A stretch of 55,536 bases of DNA, taken from IMG/VR virus record IMGVR_UViG_3300015195_000001, positions 1 to 55,536 of that record; one strand, written 5' to 3'. Positions 43,397 through 51,882 of the stretch are shown here, in pieces. The notes under the pieces were generated by a model. That model had not been told where the DNA came from. It saw only the letters and a program-made list of their open reading frames with translations, and searched no databases. The number at the start of each line of letters is the position of its first letter. Within the stretch, counting starts at the first letter, position 1. The DNA comes from a virus. A program made the translations under genes and the position numbers.

Positions 43397-44761
43397 TTAT
43401 CCATCCTCATCGTCACCGCCGTGGTCCCAGCCCTCGCCGGAGAAGGGGCGACCGCCCGCGCTAATCATGAGCTCGGTAAGCGCCCAGACGAGCGCGTCCA
43501 TACGGTTCGGACTGTCCTCGGTCGGATCGCCGGTGTAATTGCATTGCTCGTCCTCTAACTTCGAGAAGCCGCCGACGTGGTGGACGAGTCCCTTTTCGTA
43601 GAGGGCCGAGACCGGCTCGGCTCGGGTGCGCTTACCGCGGCTCGCGTGGACGGCCTTGTAGGGAATCGCGCGATCGATGGTGCGTAGCGTGAGCTCGACC
43701 ATCTCGCCGCCCTGGTTGACTTCAGCGACGATCCGGTCGGCGTGATGGCGATGGTAGGCATGAATAGCCGCGGTCGCCCAGGCGTGAGGTGACGCCCGAA
43801 CGGACAGATCGGCTAGCACGTAGCCGTGCCCGTCACTCGCTTTACCGGCGACGATAATCCCCGCCTCGTCGGCTGTATCTCCCGAGGACGCCGAGGGGTC
43901 GATCGCGACGACGATACGATCCAATGCCGGTGCCTGCCGGACCCGGAGATCGTCGATCTGCTGGCGTCGCCACAAAGCTCCGGGGATCTCTGACAATAAC
44001 TCCGCCAGAAGTTCCTGGCGTCCGAGCGTGGTCCCTTCGTACTTGGAGATGATCTGGTTGAGGAACGACGGCGGGAGATTCGCGGCGTTATCGTAGGTCG
44101 AGCCGCGCGTGGTCACCGTGGTCGGCTCGGAGATCAACTGGCGGATGAAGTTGCGTGGGCGTGGTGTCGTCGTAAACACCGCTTGCGGCTGGTCACCGAG
44201 ACGCAAGCCGAACATAAGATTGCTCAGCGCTTCCTCGGCATAGCGCCAGGTCGCTATCTCATCCCCCCAGGCTCCGTCATGCTGGGGTCCTCGGAGGAGG
44301 TCGGGTGTATCGGCGGTATACGTCGTCGCGGTCGCGCCGTTCGGCCAGGTAATGCGCCGCTTCGAGGGGGAGTACGTCGGCCGAAACCACGGCGGGCAGA
44401 TCGCGAGAATACCGCTCTCGCCCTCGACCATGACGTCACGCACATCGGCGGAGCTTCGGGCGATCAGGGCGATACGACTACGGCGTCCGTTCTCGATCTC
44501 GGAGCGAACCCACTCGGCGCCGACTCTCGTCTTGCCGAAGCCACGGCCGGCCATGACGAGCCAGGAGATCCAGTTACCCGGCGGCGGTAGTTGGTCCGGG
44601 CGGGCCCAGAAGCCGGTCCAGTCCCAGAGGAGCTGCCTCGCCGCTTTCTCCGGCAGGCTCGCCAGGAGCGAGTTCCTCTCGGCTTCGTCGAGCAATAATA
44701 GCGATGCGAGTCGAGAGGAGTTGACGGGCGTCCGTGACTGAGACGCGGATGTCGCCACCAT
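43397..44761 (-). CDS. terL: Terminase large subunit
   Basis: LWDWTGFWARPDQ N-terminal motif, Walker A GRGFGKT, and a C-terminal nuclease-like half. The start is uncertain. Confidence 0.85.
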   Translation of the reverse strand: MVATSASQSRTPVNSSRLASLLLLDEAERNSLLASLPEKAARQLLWDWTGFWARPDQLPPPGNWISWLVMAGRGFGKTRVGAEWVRSEIENGRRSRIALIARSSADVRDVMVEGESGILAICPPWFRPTYSPSKRRITWPNGATATTYTADTPDLLRGPQHDGAWGDEIATWRYAEEALSNLMFGLRLGDQPQAVFTTTPRPRNFIRQLISEPTTVTTRGSTYDNAANLPPSFLNQIISKYEGTTLGRQELLAELLSEIPGALWRRQQIDDLRVRQAPALDRIVVAIDPSASSGDTADEAGIIVAGKASDGHGYVLADLSVRASPHAWATAAIHAYHRHHADRIVAEVNQGGEMVELTLRTIDRAIPYKAVHASRGKRTRAEPVSALYEKGLVHHVGGFSKLEDEQCNYTGDPTEDSPNRMDALVWALTELMISAGGRPFSGEGWDHGGDDEDG

Positions 44762-45056
44762 CGCTCCCTGTGATTTCGGTGCGGTCGGCGTAAATATCGC
44801 GGGCCAAGGTCCGGAGCGCGAACGTCACCGCCCACGGCTCCTGCTTGAGCACCGCGCCACGGAGTCCCATTTCGGCGAGGTCGACGAGTTCCGTACGCTT
44901 CTGGATCAAGGCATCATGAACGGCTTTCCAACGTTTCTCGTAGCGATGAACAGTTGACCAGGAACACTTGAGGACGGTCGCTGTCCCGACCTTGGTGATG
45001 CCCTTCTCGACCGCGGCTAGGACTTGCGCTTGGGTATGTGAGGTCGGGGCTCCCAT
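44574..45056 (-). CDS. terS: Terminase small subunit (HTH)
   Basis: N-terminal HTH (VLKCSWSTVHRYEKRW), positioned upstream of terL. Its 3' end overlaps terL by up to 188 nt. Confidence 0.6.
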   Translation of the reverse strand: MGAPTSHTQAQVLAAVEKGITKVGTATVLKCSWSTVHRYEKRWKAVHDALIQKRTELVDLAEMGLRGAVLKQEPWAVTFALRTLARDIYADRTEITGSDGGDIRVSVTDARQLLSTRIAIIARRSREELAPGEPAGESGEAAPLGLDRLLGPPGPTTAAG

Positions 45057-45070
45057 GTCTAGTACTTCTT

Positions 45071-45274
45071 TCAGGAAACGACTAGCCGGTCCTTAAACCG
45101 TTCTCGCAAACTCTCACTCTTGATCGGCTTGACCTCAACCAGCTTCATCCCGTACTCGTTCGGTTCGAGCGTCGAGAGGTCGATCCCGGGCTTGAGCTTG
45201 AGCGGAGTATCGAACTTACCCCAGGCGTTCTTGACGATATGCTGCGGGCGCTTAAAGCGACGACCGGTTTTCAC
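45071..45274 (-). CDS. Hypothetical basic protein (67 aa)
   Basis: A GTG at 45274 overlaps the upstream TGA (GTGA). The TTG at 45313 given in the ORF track is less likely. Confidence 0.4.
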   Translation of the reverse strand: MKTGRRFKRPQHIVKNAWGKFDTPLKLKPGIDLSTLEPNEYGMKLVEVKPIKSESLRERFKDRLVVS

Positions 45275-45828
45275 GACACCGGGCCAGAGACGTTCGCCAG
45301 GACTTGGAGGCAAAGGTCGGTATCCTCGTTGTAGCGACCGCGCCAGCGATAGGGCAGATCGTTCCGAATAAGGAAGTTGGAATAGACATGGTTATTGAGA
45401 TAGAGCGGTGGCACTTTCTTCCGGTTCGGTGCGAACATATACGCTTGCATGCCGGCGATCGCGAGATTCTCGTAGCGGTCCGCGAAACCCTCGATTGCCT
45501 CAAGAGCAGAGCCGGAGTTACAAGGCATGCGGATCGACTGAACCCGCCGGAACACCTGGCGAATATTATCGTCGAAGATCCAATGCTTCGCGCAGCCGTT
45601 AGAGATAGCGTCATCCCAGACCCAATTACGGGCCGGGATCGAGCCGAGGCCGAGGTTACTAAACGGCAGGATCGCTAGTCGCCCCGCTCCGTAGCCGGCG
45701 GCGTAAGCGTCCGCTTCCTGTGGCTCCACGACAAGCCGAAAGTCGAGGCCGTCTTTGACCATAAACTTCGCGGTCATGCAGCGGTCGGCGCGACCCTTAC
45801 TAATGATGTAGACCGGGTATCGCGGCAT
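45271..45828 (-). CDS. Putative GT-A-fold glycosyltransferase-like protein (TAGT/GREB1-like?)
   Basis: PVYIISKGR N-terminal strand, a WIFDDN DxD-like motif, and NEDTDLCL near the C-terminus. The assignment is by motif recall only. Confidence 0.3.
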   Translation of the reverse strand: MPRYPVYIISKGRADRCMTAKFMVKDGLDFRLVVEPQEADAYAAGYGAGRLAILPFSNLGLGSIPARNWVWDDAISNGCAKHWIFDDNIRQVFRRVQSIRMPCNSGSALEAIEGFADRYENLAIAGMQAYMFAPNRKKVPPLYLNNHVYSNFLIRNDLPYRWRGRYNEDTDLCLQVLANVSGPVS

Positions 45829-45833
45829 GCGTC

Positions 45834-46511
45834 TTATCGTCCCTTGCTATCGACGTAGCGGAGCGACGACGCATCATCCTTCTGTCGGTTCGGCCAGAAT
45901 CCAGACCAGGTCGCCGTCCCGTTCTGTTTCAGAATAGCGATCCCGACCTTGTCGACGAAAGTCTTGCGATTCTGCTCGTTCTCAAACGAGATCACGAGCT
46001 TGAACGGATCGGTTCCGTCCTCGTAGCCCGGCATCCCGGCCCAGGCAGCAGCCGCGTCGAAATCTTGGATCTCACTTTCCGGCCGTGTCACGAAGACGAG
46101 GTTCGCTAGCATCATCTCGTCGTAGCCTGTCCCGAGTAGCCCGGCGAGATCGTCGTCCTTGATTTCTTTGAGTAACTCCGAGAGCAGGCGGTCGTCACGT
46201 TCGGCCAGGTGGCTAATCTCATTATCACCGGCGAGAAGCTTGAGTGCGCGGGGTTCGTCAGGGTCGAGCGGCATCCGAATTACCGGGACACTAACGTAAC
46301 CGAGCTGCTTCGCCGCCTGGACGAGACCGTGGCCCGCGAGGATCGTCCCGTCTTTCGCGATGACGACCGGGCGATAGAGGCCGTGCTCTTGGATGGATTC
46401 GACGATATGGAAAAGTTGATCCTCGGGGTGACTCTGGTAGTTTCGGGGATGTGGCCGGAGCTCAGTGATCAGAACAGTCTCGACTTTCAACTGCGCTTCA
46501 GCGACAGCCAC
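45834..46511 (-). CDS. ParB-like nuclease-domain protein
   Basis: ITELRPHPRNYQSHPEDQL...PVVIAKDGTILAGHGLVQAAKQLG. The C-terminal half has no methyltransferase motifs. Confidence 0.75.
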   Translation of the reverse strand: MAVAEAQLKVETVLITELRPHPRNYQSHPEDQLFHIVESIQEHGLYRPVVIAKDGTILAGHGLVQAAKQLGYVSVPVIRMPLDPDEPRALKLLAGDNEISHLAERDDRLLSELLKEIKDDDLAGLLGTGYDEMMLANLVFVTRPESEIQDFDAAAAWAGMPGYEDGTDPFKLVISFENEQNRKTFVDKVGIAILKQNGTATWSGFWPNRQKDDASSLRYVDSKGR

Positions 46512-46520
46512 CGTTCACCC

Positions 46521-46549
46521 CAAACAAAAATACCGCCCTCAAAAGGCGG
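46521..46549 (-). terminator. Weak intrinsic terminator immediately upstream of the late operon
   Basis: CCGCC/GGCGG stem (46533-46537 / 46545-46549), followed on the minus strand by TATTTTTGTTTG. Confidence 0.4.
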
Positions 46550-46648
46550 GTAGTTTATCTCGTATTTTATCCATATACCTTTAGTTGACAGAACGCAAGC
46601 CCTACATGCACTCGTTGGCGTCAACGTCCTAACCTGCTTCAATGCGCT

Positions 46649-47164
46649 CTATGCCAGCACGTCCAGGTACAGCCGCTCGATGAGCACGTCTAGCCCAGCG
46701 TCGATCTCGTAGGATACCGTTTGGCGGCTCTTATGCCAGCGCTCAGCGATTTGGGCGCGCGTGAGGTTGTCCCGGTACTGGCGCACGACGGCGAGCCAGA
46801 GATTTAGGTGTTCGCGATGGAGTGACACGAGCGCGTTCGCTACCTCTAGACGGCTCGTCATGCGATCTGCAAGCTCGGCTCCCGTGTGAGATTCGCTGCG
46901 CTCGACGGGTTTGTTCATCCGTCCGCGCTCCAAGGTCCCGCCGAAATACTCGCGCAGACAGGAGGCGACGGCGCTCCGATTCGCGCGGGTACGGTGGTCC
47001 ACGCCGAGCGCGGAATGATGGCCTATTGGATCGCGATTTGTGCGGGCCACGTATTCCTCCGATCTTGCGGCGGCGAGGAGGTCCTCCCGCTGTTGGCGGC
47101 CAAAATGGCCGTGTAGGGTTTCATAGTTCCTCATCGCCAACTCGTTGGGGTCGGAATCGGTCAT
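46649..47164 (-). CDS. Sigma-70 region-4-like HTH protein, putative late-gene activator
   Basis: C-terminal LTRAQIAERWHKSRQTVSYEIDAGLDVL. It is the last gene before the late operon. Confidence 0.45.
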   Translation of the reverse strand: MTDSDPNELAMRNYETLHGHFGRQQREDLLAAARSEEYVARTNRDPIGHHSALGVDHRTRANRSAVASCLREYFGGTLERGRMNKPVERSESHTGAELADRMTSRLEVANALVSLHREHLNLWLAVVRQYRDNLTRAQIAERWHKSRQTVSYEIDAGLDVLIERLYLDVLA

Positions 47165-47400
47165 TCTATTGTCTCAATGTTCAGACGTCGTAGATAGACA
47201 GTTTCGGCCCGACTAGCCGCGAGCTGGGAAATTAAAGAGTCATACATAAGTAGTAGGCCGCGACGATCATTAAAGGCGAGGACCGCGTCGATGTAACTGA
47301 TTTTCATGGGCATCTTGCGCCCTTTTTTAGATCTTGTGCGCATCATAGCGATATCGTCCAGGCCGGGGATGCGCGCCTCGGATTGCGATTCGTTCGTCAT
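47161..47400 (-). CDS. Hypothetical protein (79 aa)
   Basis: The ATG at 47400 shares its A with the upstream TGA. The 177-aa ORF-track version was rejected. Confidence 0.5.
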   Translation of the reverse strand: MTNESQSEARIPGLDDIAMMRTRSKKGRKMPMKISYIDAVLAFNDRRGLLLMYDSLISQLAASRAETVYLRRLNIETIE

Positions 47401-47705
47401 CACGTTACCCGCCTTAGCGTCGGTTGCGGAGTCTTCGCCGCGCGACGCTTCTCCTGTTTCCTCTGGCACCGCACCTCGCCCTGCGCCAAACGCTCTGCGA
47501 CATCGGCCAGCCGCGGGCGCCCACGGTGGACCGTTTGCGGATCCCCATAGATCGCTAGATTCCGCGCCTGGGTCGCTAGGTCGATGTTGCTGGCGATGGG
47601 CGGCAACGGGTCGGCGTAGCGCGAGCACGCCCAGCAGTAACGGCGGTTGTCCTGGTCGACGAGAAGTGTGCCGCCGCAGTGGTCGCGCGGGCATGGGGAG
47701 ATCAT
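47400..47705 (-). CDS. Zn-ribbon protein
   Basis: CPRDHCGGTL...YCWACSR. It is a paralogue of the 48047..48313 product. Confidence 0.55.
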   Translation of the reverse strand: MISPCPRDHCGGTLLVDQDNRRYCWACSRYADPLPPIASNIDLATQARNLAIYGDPQTVHRGRPRLADVAERLAQGEVRCQRKQEKRRAAKTPQPTLRRVT

Positions 47706-48037
47706 AATATTTGCGCCAGCATTTCTTCGACTGCTTGGTGTAACTCGCTGGGGTTCAGAACGACCTCGTACAGATATCCCCGTTCATTCAAGAACTCGAA
47801 ATCCACCACGCCATCACGACCCTTCACGCTGATATCTGAGTCCTGATAGATTCCGTCCGGGGTCAGCGCGGCGATAAACATAATTTGCTGCTTAGAAAGA
47901 TCGACATACGTTCCGACAGTGAAACGTCCATCACGCTTCCCAATAAATAGTCCCGGCTTACCGTTGTCCAAGTGCAGTCGAACGATCGTGTCTGAGTTTG
48001 TTTCAAGAACCCATACTGTTTTCAAGGCATCCTCCAC
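47702..48037 (-). CDS. Hypothetical protein
   Basis: 111-aa ORF, AT-richer than its neighbours. Confidence 0.6.
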   Translation of the reverse strand: MEDALKTVWVLETNSDTIVRLHLDNGKPGLFIGKRDGRFTVGTYVDLSKQQIMFIAALTPDGIYQDSDISVKGRDGVVDFEFLNERGYLYEVVLNPSELHQAVEEMLAQIL

Positions 48038-48046
48038 CGGTCACTG

Positions 48047-48313
48047 TTATTGCGGGTACTCATGCGCTACCCGTCTCGCCCGTGCCTGTAGATTCCGTCT
48101 TGCTTTGACCTCGGGGCGATCCCGGTACGCTCGGTCCAGGGTCGCTCGGTACTGTTTGCGCTCGACGTGGCCGTAGGTGCCCGCGAGTGCCCCCTCGGGG
48201 ACCCACGGGAGCGACGAGGGTGGGTTGTTGGTCACTCTTGAACAAAGGCTGCACACCAGCCTGTCGCCGTCTCGCTGAATCCATCCTCGGCAACCTTCGC
48301 GCGGGCACGTCAC
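48047..48313 (-). CDS. Zn-ribbon protein
   Basis: CPREGCRGWI...VCSLCSR. Confidence 0.55.
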   Translation of the reverse strand: MTCPREGCRGWIQRDGDRLVCSLCSRVTNNPPSSLPWVPEGALAGTYGHVERKQYRATLDRAYRDRPEVKARRNLQARARRVAHEYPQ

Positions 48314-48720
48314 GTCCCCTCCGCCGGCCCGAGCAGTGCGGCGATCTTGTCCAGCCAGTCAAACTTCTTGCCCGCTTCTCGGAGCGGGCGATGGTTGTAG
48401 CCGCCAGCGATCTCCGCCCCAATCTCTTCCAGCAGCGCTTCGCACGCCGCGAGATGGGCACGGCAAGCCCCTAGCTCAATCGCCTGATCAGATTCCATAG
48501 CGTGCATCTCAGCCATGTTCTCCGCGATAGTCGCCTCCGCTGCCGCGAGTTTTCGTTCCAGTTGCGTGACTTCCGATTCGCGCACCAACAATTGCTCAGC
48601 TAGGTCTGCGCGGTCGGAGACGAGACGCTTAGTAATAACCTCCAACTCTTCGATGCTCGGCACTGTCCCTCCGTGCTCGTACACCGCTCGTTCCTCGCCC
48701 AGCGCCTTCGTCTCGCTCAT
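48310..48720 (-). CDS. Coiled-coil protein (early paralogue family)
   Basis: Shares ERAVYEHGG and LAAAEATI motifs with neighbouring genes. Confidence 0.55.
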   Translation of the reverse strand: MSETKALGEERAVYEHGGTVPSIEELEVITKRLVSDRADLAEQLLVRESEVTQLERKLAAAEATIAENMAEMHAMESDQAIELGACRAHLAACEALLEEIGAEIAGGYNHRPLREAGKKFDWLDKIAALLGPAEGT

Positions 48721-48974
48721 TCGACTGCCGCCCGATGATTGCCGCCAGCGCGTTGGTAGTCGCGTACCGCCGCAACCAAATCCGACTGCGCCTTGACGAC
48801 GCTATCGACAACAAAGTTCACGTTAATATTCTCCGTTCGCCGTAACCGAACGAGATCGCTTTCCAGGGTTTTGGCCAGATGATCGGTGCAATCGACGTAG
48901 ACCTGCGCCAGATTGAGAAGGCTCTGAACGTCTGACGGTAACGTGTCCCACCACTTCGCATCAGGAATGGGCAT
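48717..48974 (-). CDS. Hypothetical protein (85 aa)
   Basis: ATG at 48974. Confidence 0.5.
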   Translation of the reverse strand: MPIPDAKWWDTLPSDVQSLLNLAQVYVDCTDHLAKTLESDLVRLRRTENINVNFVVDSVVKAQSDLVAAVRDYQRAGGNHRAAVE

Positions 48975-49257
48975 CGGTTGTCTCCTTCGCGGCAGCCCGG
49001 GCGGCGAGCAAGGCGCGAACCTTTTCCTCAAGGTTATAAATTACCTCGTATGATCGAGTGGTAACACGCCTGATTGCCGCCTCGACCACCGCGCGCTCGG
49101 CAGCGGTGAGATCGTTGCCCTGGTTTTCGAGGTCCTCGCGCAGTTCCAAGATGGTCGCCTCCGCTGCCGCGAGTTGGGCACGAAGTTGGGCAATGTCTGC
49201 TTCGTACACCTCGGCTACCGTTGTCGCTTCGGGACCGAGGTAACGCTTGCCTTTCAT
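48961..49257 (-). CDS. Coiled-coil protein (early paralogue family)
   Basis: LRAQLAAAEATILEL and a C-terminal ALLAARAAA. Confidence 0.55.
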   Translation of the reverse strand: MKGKRYLGPEATTVAEVYEADIAQLRAQLAAAEATILELREDLENQGNDLTAAERAVVEAAIRRVTTRSYEVIYNLEEKVRALLAARAAAKETTDAHS

Positions 49258-49463
49258 TAGGTTGCCTCCGAGTGATACGCATGGCGCAGTCCGGCAGCGA
49301 AGCCAGCACGGTAGGCCACCATCTCCACATCAGGAAACAGGCAGACTTTTTCGCGATGACGCTGGCGAAGCCACAGAATAAACGACCAGTCGCACGAATC
49401 GCGTGGATTAAGCGGAACACTCTCCGGCCCTCCGTGGACGTACACCGCCCGTTGCTCGCTCAT
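49257..49463 (-). CDS. Hypothetical protein (68 aa)
   Basis: ATGA coupling at 49460-49463. N-terminal MSEQRAVYVHGG. Confidence 0.5.
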   Translation of the reverse strand: MSEQRAVYVHGGPESVPLNPRDSCDWSFILWLRQRHREKVCLFPDVEMVAYRAGFAAGLRHAYHSEAT

Positions 49464-49945
49464 CGGCCCTCTCCTTTCTCCGTCGTAGCAGCCCTGGCGG
49501 CTATGTAACTCTCGGGGATATCCTGGAAAGCGTCGGATAGTTTCCGAACGGGGCAATAATCCGGGTGGCCCTCAGCCGGCGTCACGCTGTCTGGGTCATA
49601 GTCGCATCGAAATGGGCAGTCGTCGCCTTCGACATCGATATTGAGAAAATGATCGACCGCCACGACCAGAACATCGAATCGGCGCGTGTGCTCGATCTGC
49701 GCCTCCAGCGCCGCCTGGCAGCGGGCGAGGTCGGCTTCGTCAGCGGCCATCCTCTCTAGCCACGTCTCGCGTTCGCTCGGGTAGAGAGCAAACGCTTCCA
49801 GCTTCTTGTTGGCGACGTCGAGGTCGGCACGGAGTTGGTCGCGTTCGGCAATCAGACGGCTCAATTCTTCCCCGCTACGCATAGCCTTGATCCGATCGCC
49901 GTAGGATGTATTCGAGTAAGGCGGCGTGTAATCGTCATAGCTCAC
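49460..49945 (-). CDS. Coiled-coil protein, tandem paralogue A
   Basis: Contains DQLRADLDVANKKLEAFALYPSERETWLERMAADEADLARCQAALE. Confidence 0.6.
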   Translation of the reverse strand: MSYDDYTPPYSNTSYGDRIKAMRSGEELSRLIAERDQLRADLDVANKKLEAFALYPSERETWLERMAADEADLARCQAALEAQIEHTRRFDVLVVAVDHFLNIDVEGDDCPFRCDYDPDSVTPAEGHPDYCPVRKLSDAFQDIPESYIAARAATTEKGEGR

Positions 49946-50244
49946 GCTCCCTCCGTCGCGGCAGCCCTGGCGGCGAGGAGGGCGTCAATCTGGCGATACA
50001 TCTCCATGACTTCGGCCTCCGTCTCGGCGAATGCAATACCGTAGCGTGCAAGTTTTGGCAGTGCCAGTATTCGCTTCACCTGCTCCAGCGCCTGGCGGCA
50101 GGCGGCGAGGTCGGCCTCAGACTGCGCTAGTCGTTTCAGCCATGTCTCTCGTTCACTTGGATACAGCGCGAACGCTTCCAGTTTCTTGTTAGCTGTTTCG
50201 AGGTCGGCGCGGAGTTGGTCGATTTCCTCTGCCGTATCAAGCAT
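49942..50244 (-). CDS. Coiled-coil protein, tandem paralogue B
   Basis: Contains DQLRADLETANKKLEAFALYPSERETWLKRLAQSEADLAACRQALE. Confidence 0.6.
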   Translation of the reverse strand: MLDTAEEIDQLRADLETANKKLEAFALYPSERETWLKRLAQSEADLAACRQALEQVKRILALPKLARYGIAFAETEAEVMEMYRQIDALLAARAAATEGA

Positions 50245-51322
50245 CGGTGCGGTAGACAGTGATCGTCACTGTGTCCTTTGACCATCCGGGCGGCGCTAAA
50301 TGATCGGGATTCCCATGACCGCTCAGACTAGCTGCGACGTTGCCCGTTCCGACCACGCCGCTCTTGACAAGCTCGATAGCTGCGTCAAGAGCGGCTGCCG
50401 ACGCCGGCAAACCATCACGGTTATTCTGCTCAATCCCCGGCTTTTGGAATTCATAGACCTTTCTGGCTGTGGTCTCAAACTCCTCGGCGGGCGTGATCGG
50501 AATCGAAAATGACCAACTCATAGCTCCACTCCTTGTTTGTGCTTTCTTCCAAAGTCGAAATTCGGACATCGTTTGTGGTGGGTCGACAATCACCCGTGGA
50601 GGTAGGGACGGATCGTGCAAATACCTCACGTCGCCTCGGTGGTCGGCCGCTAAGCCATCGGGAGCCGTCCCCGTCTGGGCGGCGAGGAGAGCATCAACGG
50701 CGCGTTCATACAGCGAGTGGGCCAGGGATTGCTCAGCGACTATTTCCCTCAACCGTTTACGATCTTTCTCAAACGATCCGACAGCCATATCAGCGTAGCG
50801 TTGCCTCACCGCACTCTCAACCACGGCCCTCTCCGCCGCGGTGAGGGCGGGCGGTGCGTAGGTGTACAACTGCCGTCCCTCGTCTCCTTTGGTGTGACCG
50901 ATACGGGTATCCACAGGGGCGCCGCAAACTGGACATGTGGTCTTAGTCGATTGCACAGCCACATCCTCCCTCGTCAAACATATCCATTCGTCGGCCTCTA
51001 GCTCGGCCTTCGCCAGGACCTCGTGGGCGGTGAGTTTAGAGGTTACAAGTGCCCCAACCATAAACCCTGCTTCAAACAACTCTCCCCAAACTGGACCAGC
51101 CTTTCGATTGTTTAGTATGGCGTCGGTTCCCTGAGACTTTAACCACTCCCGGAAATGGTCCTCGATTGTAGGTAAGGGGTCGTCAATATTGCTCGTCACT
51201 TGGCGCTCCGCCGCGGTGAGGGCTGGCGGGGTGTAGGTGTACGTTGCTCGGATGTCGGAGCGGCCGGGGGTGCCATCGATTGTTACCAGCCCTCCGCAAG
51301 TGGGACACGTCGTCACGCTCAT
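50237..51322 (-). CDS. Hypothetical protein with internally duplicated Zn-ribbon module
   Basis: Two copies of TTCP.CG...YTY.PPALTAAER.V. Confidence 0.6.
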   Translation of the reverse strand: MSVTTCPTCGGLVTIDGTPGRSDIRATYTYTPPALTAAERQVTSNIDDPLPTIEDHFREWLKSQGTDAILNNRKAGPVWGELFEAGFMVGALVTSKLTAHEVLAKAELEADEWICLTREDVAVQSTKTTCPVCGAPVDTRIGHTKGDEGRQLYTYAPPALTAAERAVVESAVRQRYADMAVGSFEKDRKRLREIVAEQSLAHSLYERAVDALLAAQTGTAPDGLAADHRGDVRYLHDPSLPPRVIVDPPQTMSEFRLWKKAQTRSGAMSWSFSIPITPAEEFETTARKVYEFQKPGIEQNNRDGLPASAAALDAAIELVKSGVVGTGNVAASLSGHGNPDHLAPPGWSKDTVTITVYRTDA

Positions 51323-51882
51323 GTCGCCTCCTTCGCCTCAAACCTATGCCGCTTGTCGATAAACGCCTGGAGATTGTCGCGCTCGCCCGATAGCCGAGCG
51401 ACGGTCGCCTCCAAGCGTTCGTCTCTGGCCCGCGCCTCCTTCCGCTTTTCCATTAGCCGCACGATGTCAGCCTCCAGGAGTGCCTGCTGCTTCGCTTCGG
51501 TCAGGGGGTTCGGACGGATCGCGTCGAATTCCTCCTGCATGTGTTGGCGGCAGAGATACGATTCCGTGTTCGTCCACAGATCGATGATGGCTCCTTCGGC
51601 GCGTTGGTCGCAGCGGGAGCAGGTCAACGCCGTCAGATCGACCGTGCCACCCTGCGCGGCAAAGTCAGGGTCGCTCCGTGTCAGGGATTCGGTTGTCGGT
51701 AGTTCGATCTCGGGGCGGCGCTTGGCGTGGTCCAGGATGTCCTTGATCTGCGCCTCGTGGGCGGCCCAGCCGGCGAGGAATCCATCGGAAGCCCGGTTCA
51801 GTTCCACTTCCGGCCATCCACCCACGGCCAGGGTATTCAGCCACCGAATGCACGCGACTTCGCGGTCCTCTGATGTGCTCAT
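51319..51882 (-). CDS. Hypothetical protein (Cys-pair + C-terminal coiled coil)
   Basis: ATG at 51882 with a GAGAGGGAGAC RBS. ATGA coupling. Confidence 0.55.
   Translation of the reverse strand: MSTSEDREVACIRWLNTLAVGGWPEVELNRASDGFLAGWAAHEAQIKDILDHAKRRPEIELPTTESLTRSDPDFAAQGGTVDLTALTCSRCDQRAEGAIIDLWTNTESYLCRQHMQEEFDAIRPNPLTEAKQQALLEADIVRLMEKRKEARARDERLEATVARLSGERDNLQAFIDKRHRFEAKEAT

Noticed and set aside
47161-47694. 177-aa ORF-track call spanning 47161-47694.
   Set aside because: Its N-terminal two-thirds is a low-complexity Arg/Pro/Gly-rich translation that overlaps a better Zn-ribbon ORF (47400-47705) in another frame. An internal ATG at 47400 is coupled to that gene's stop.
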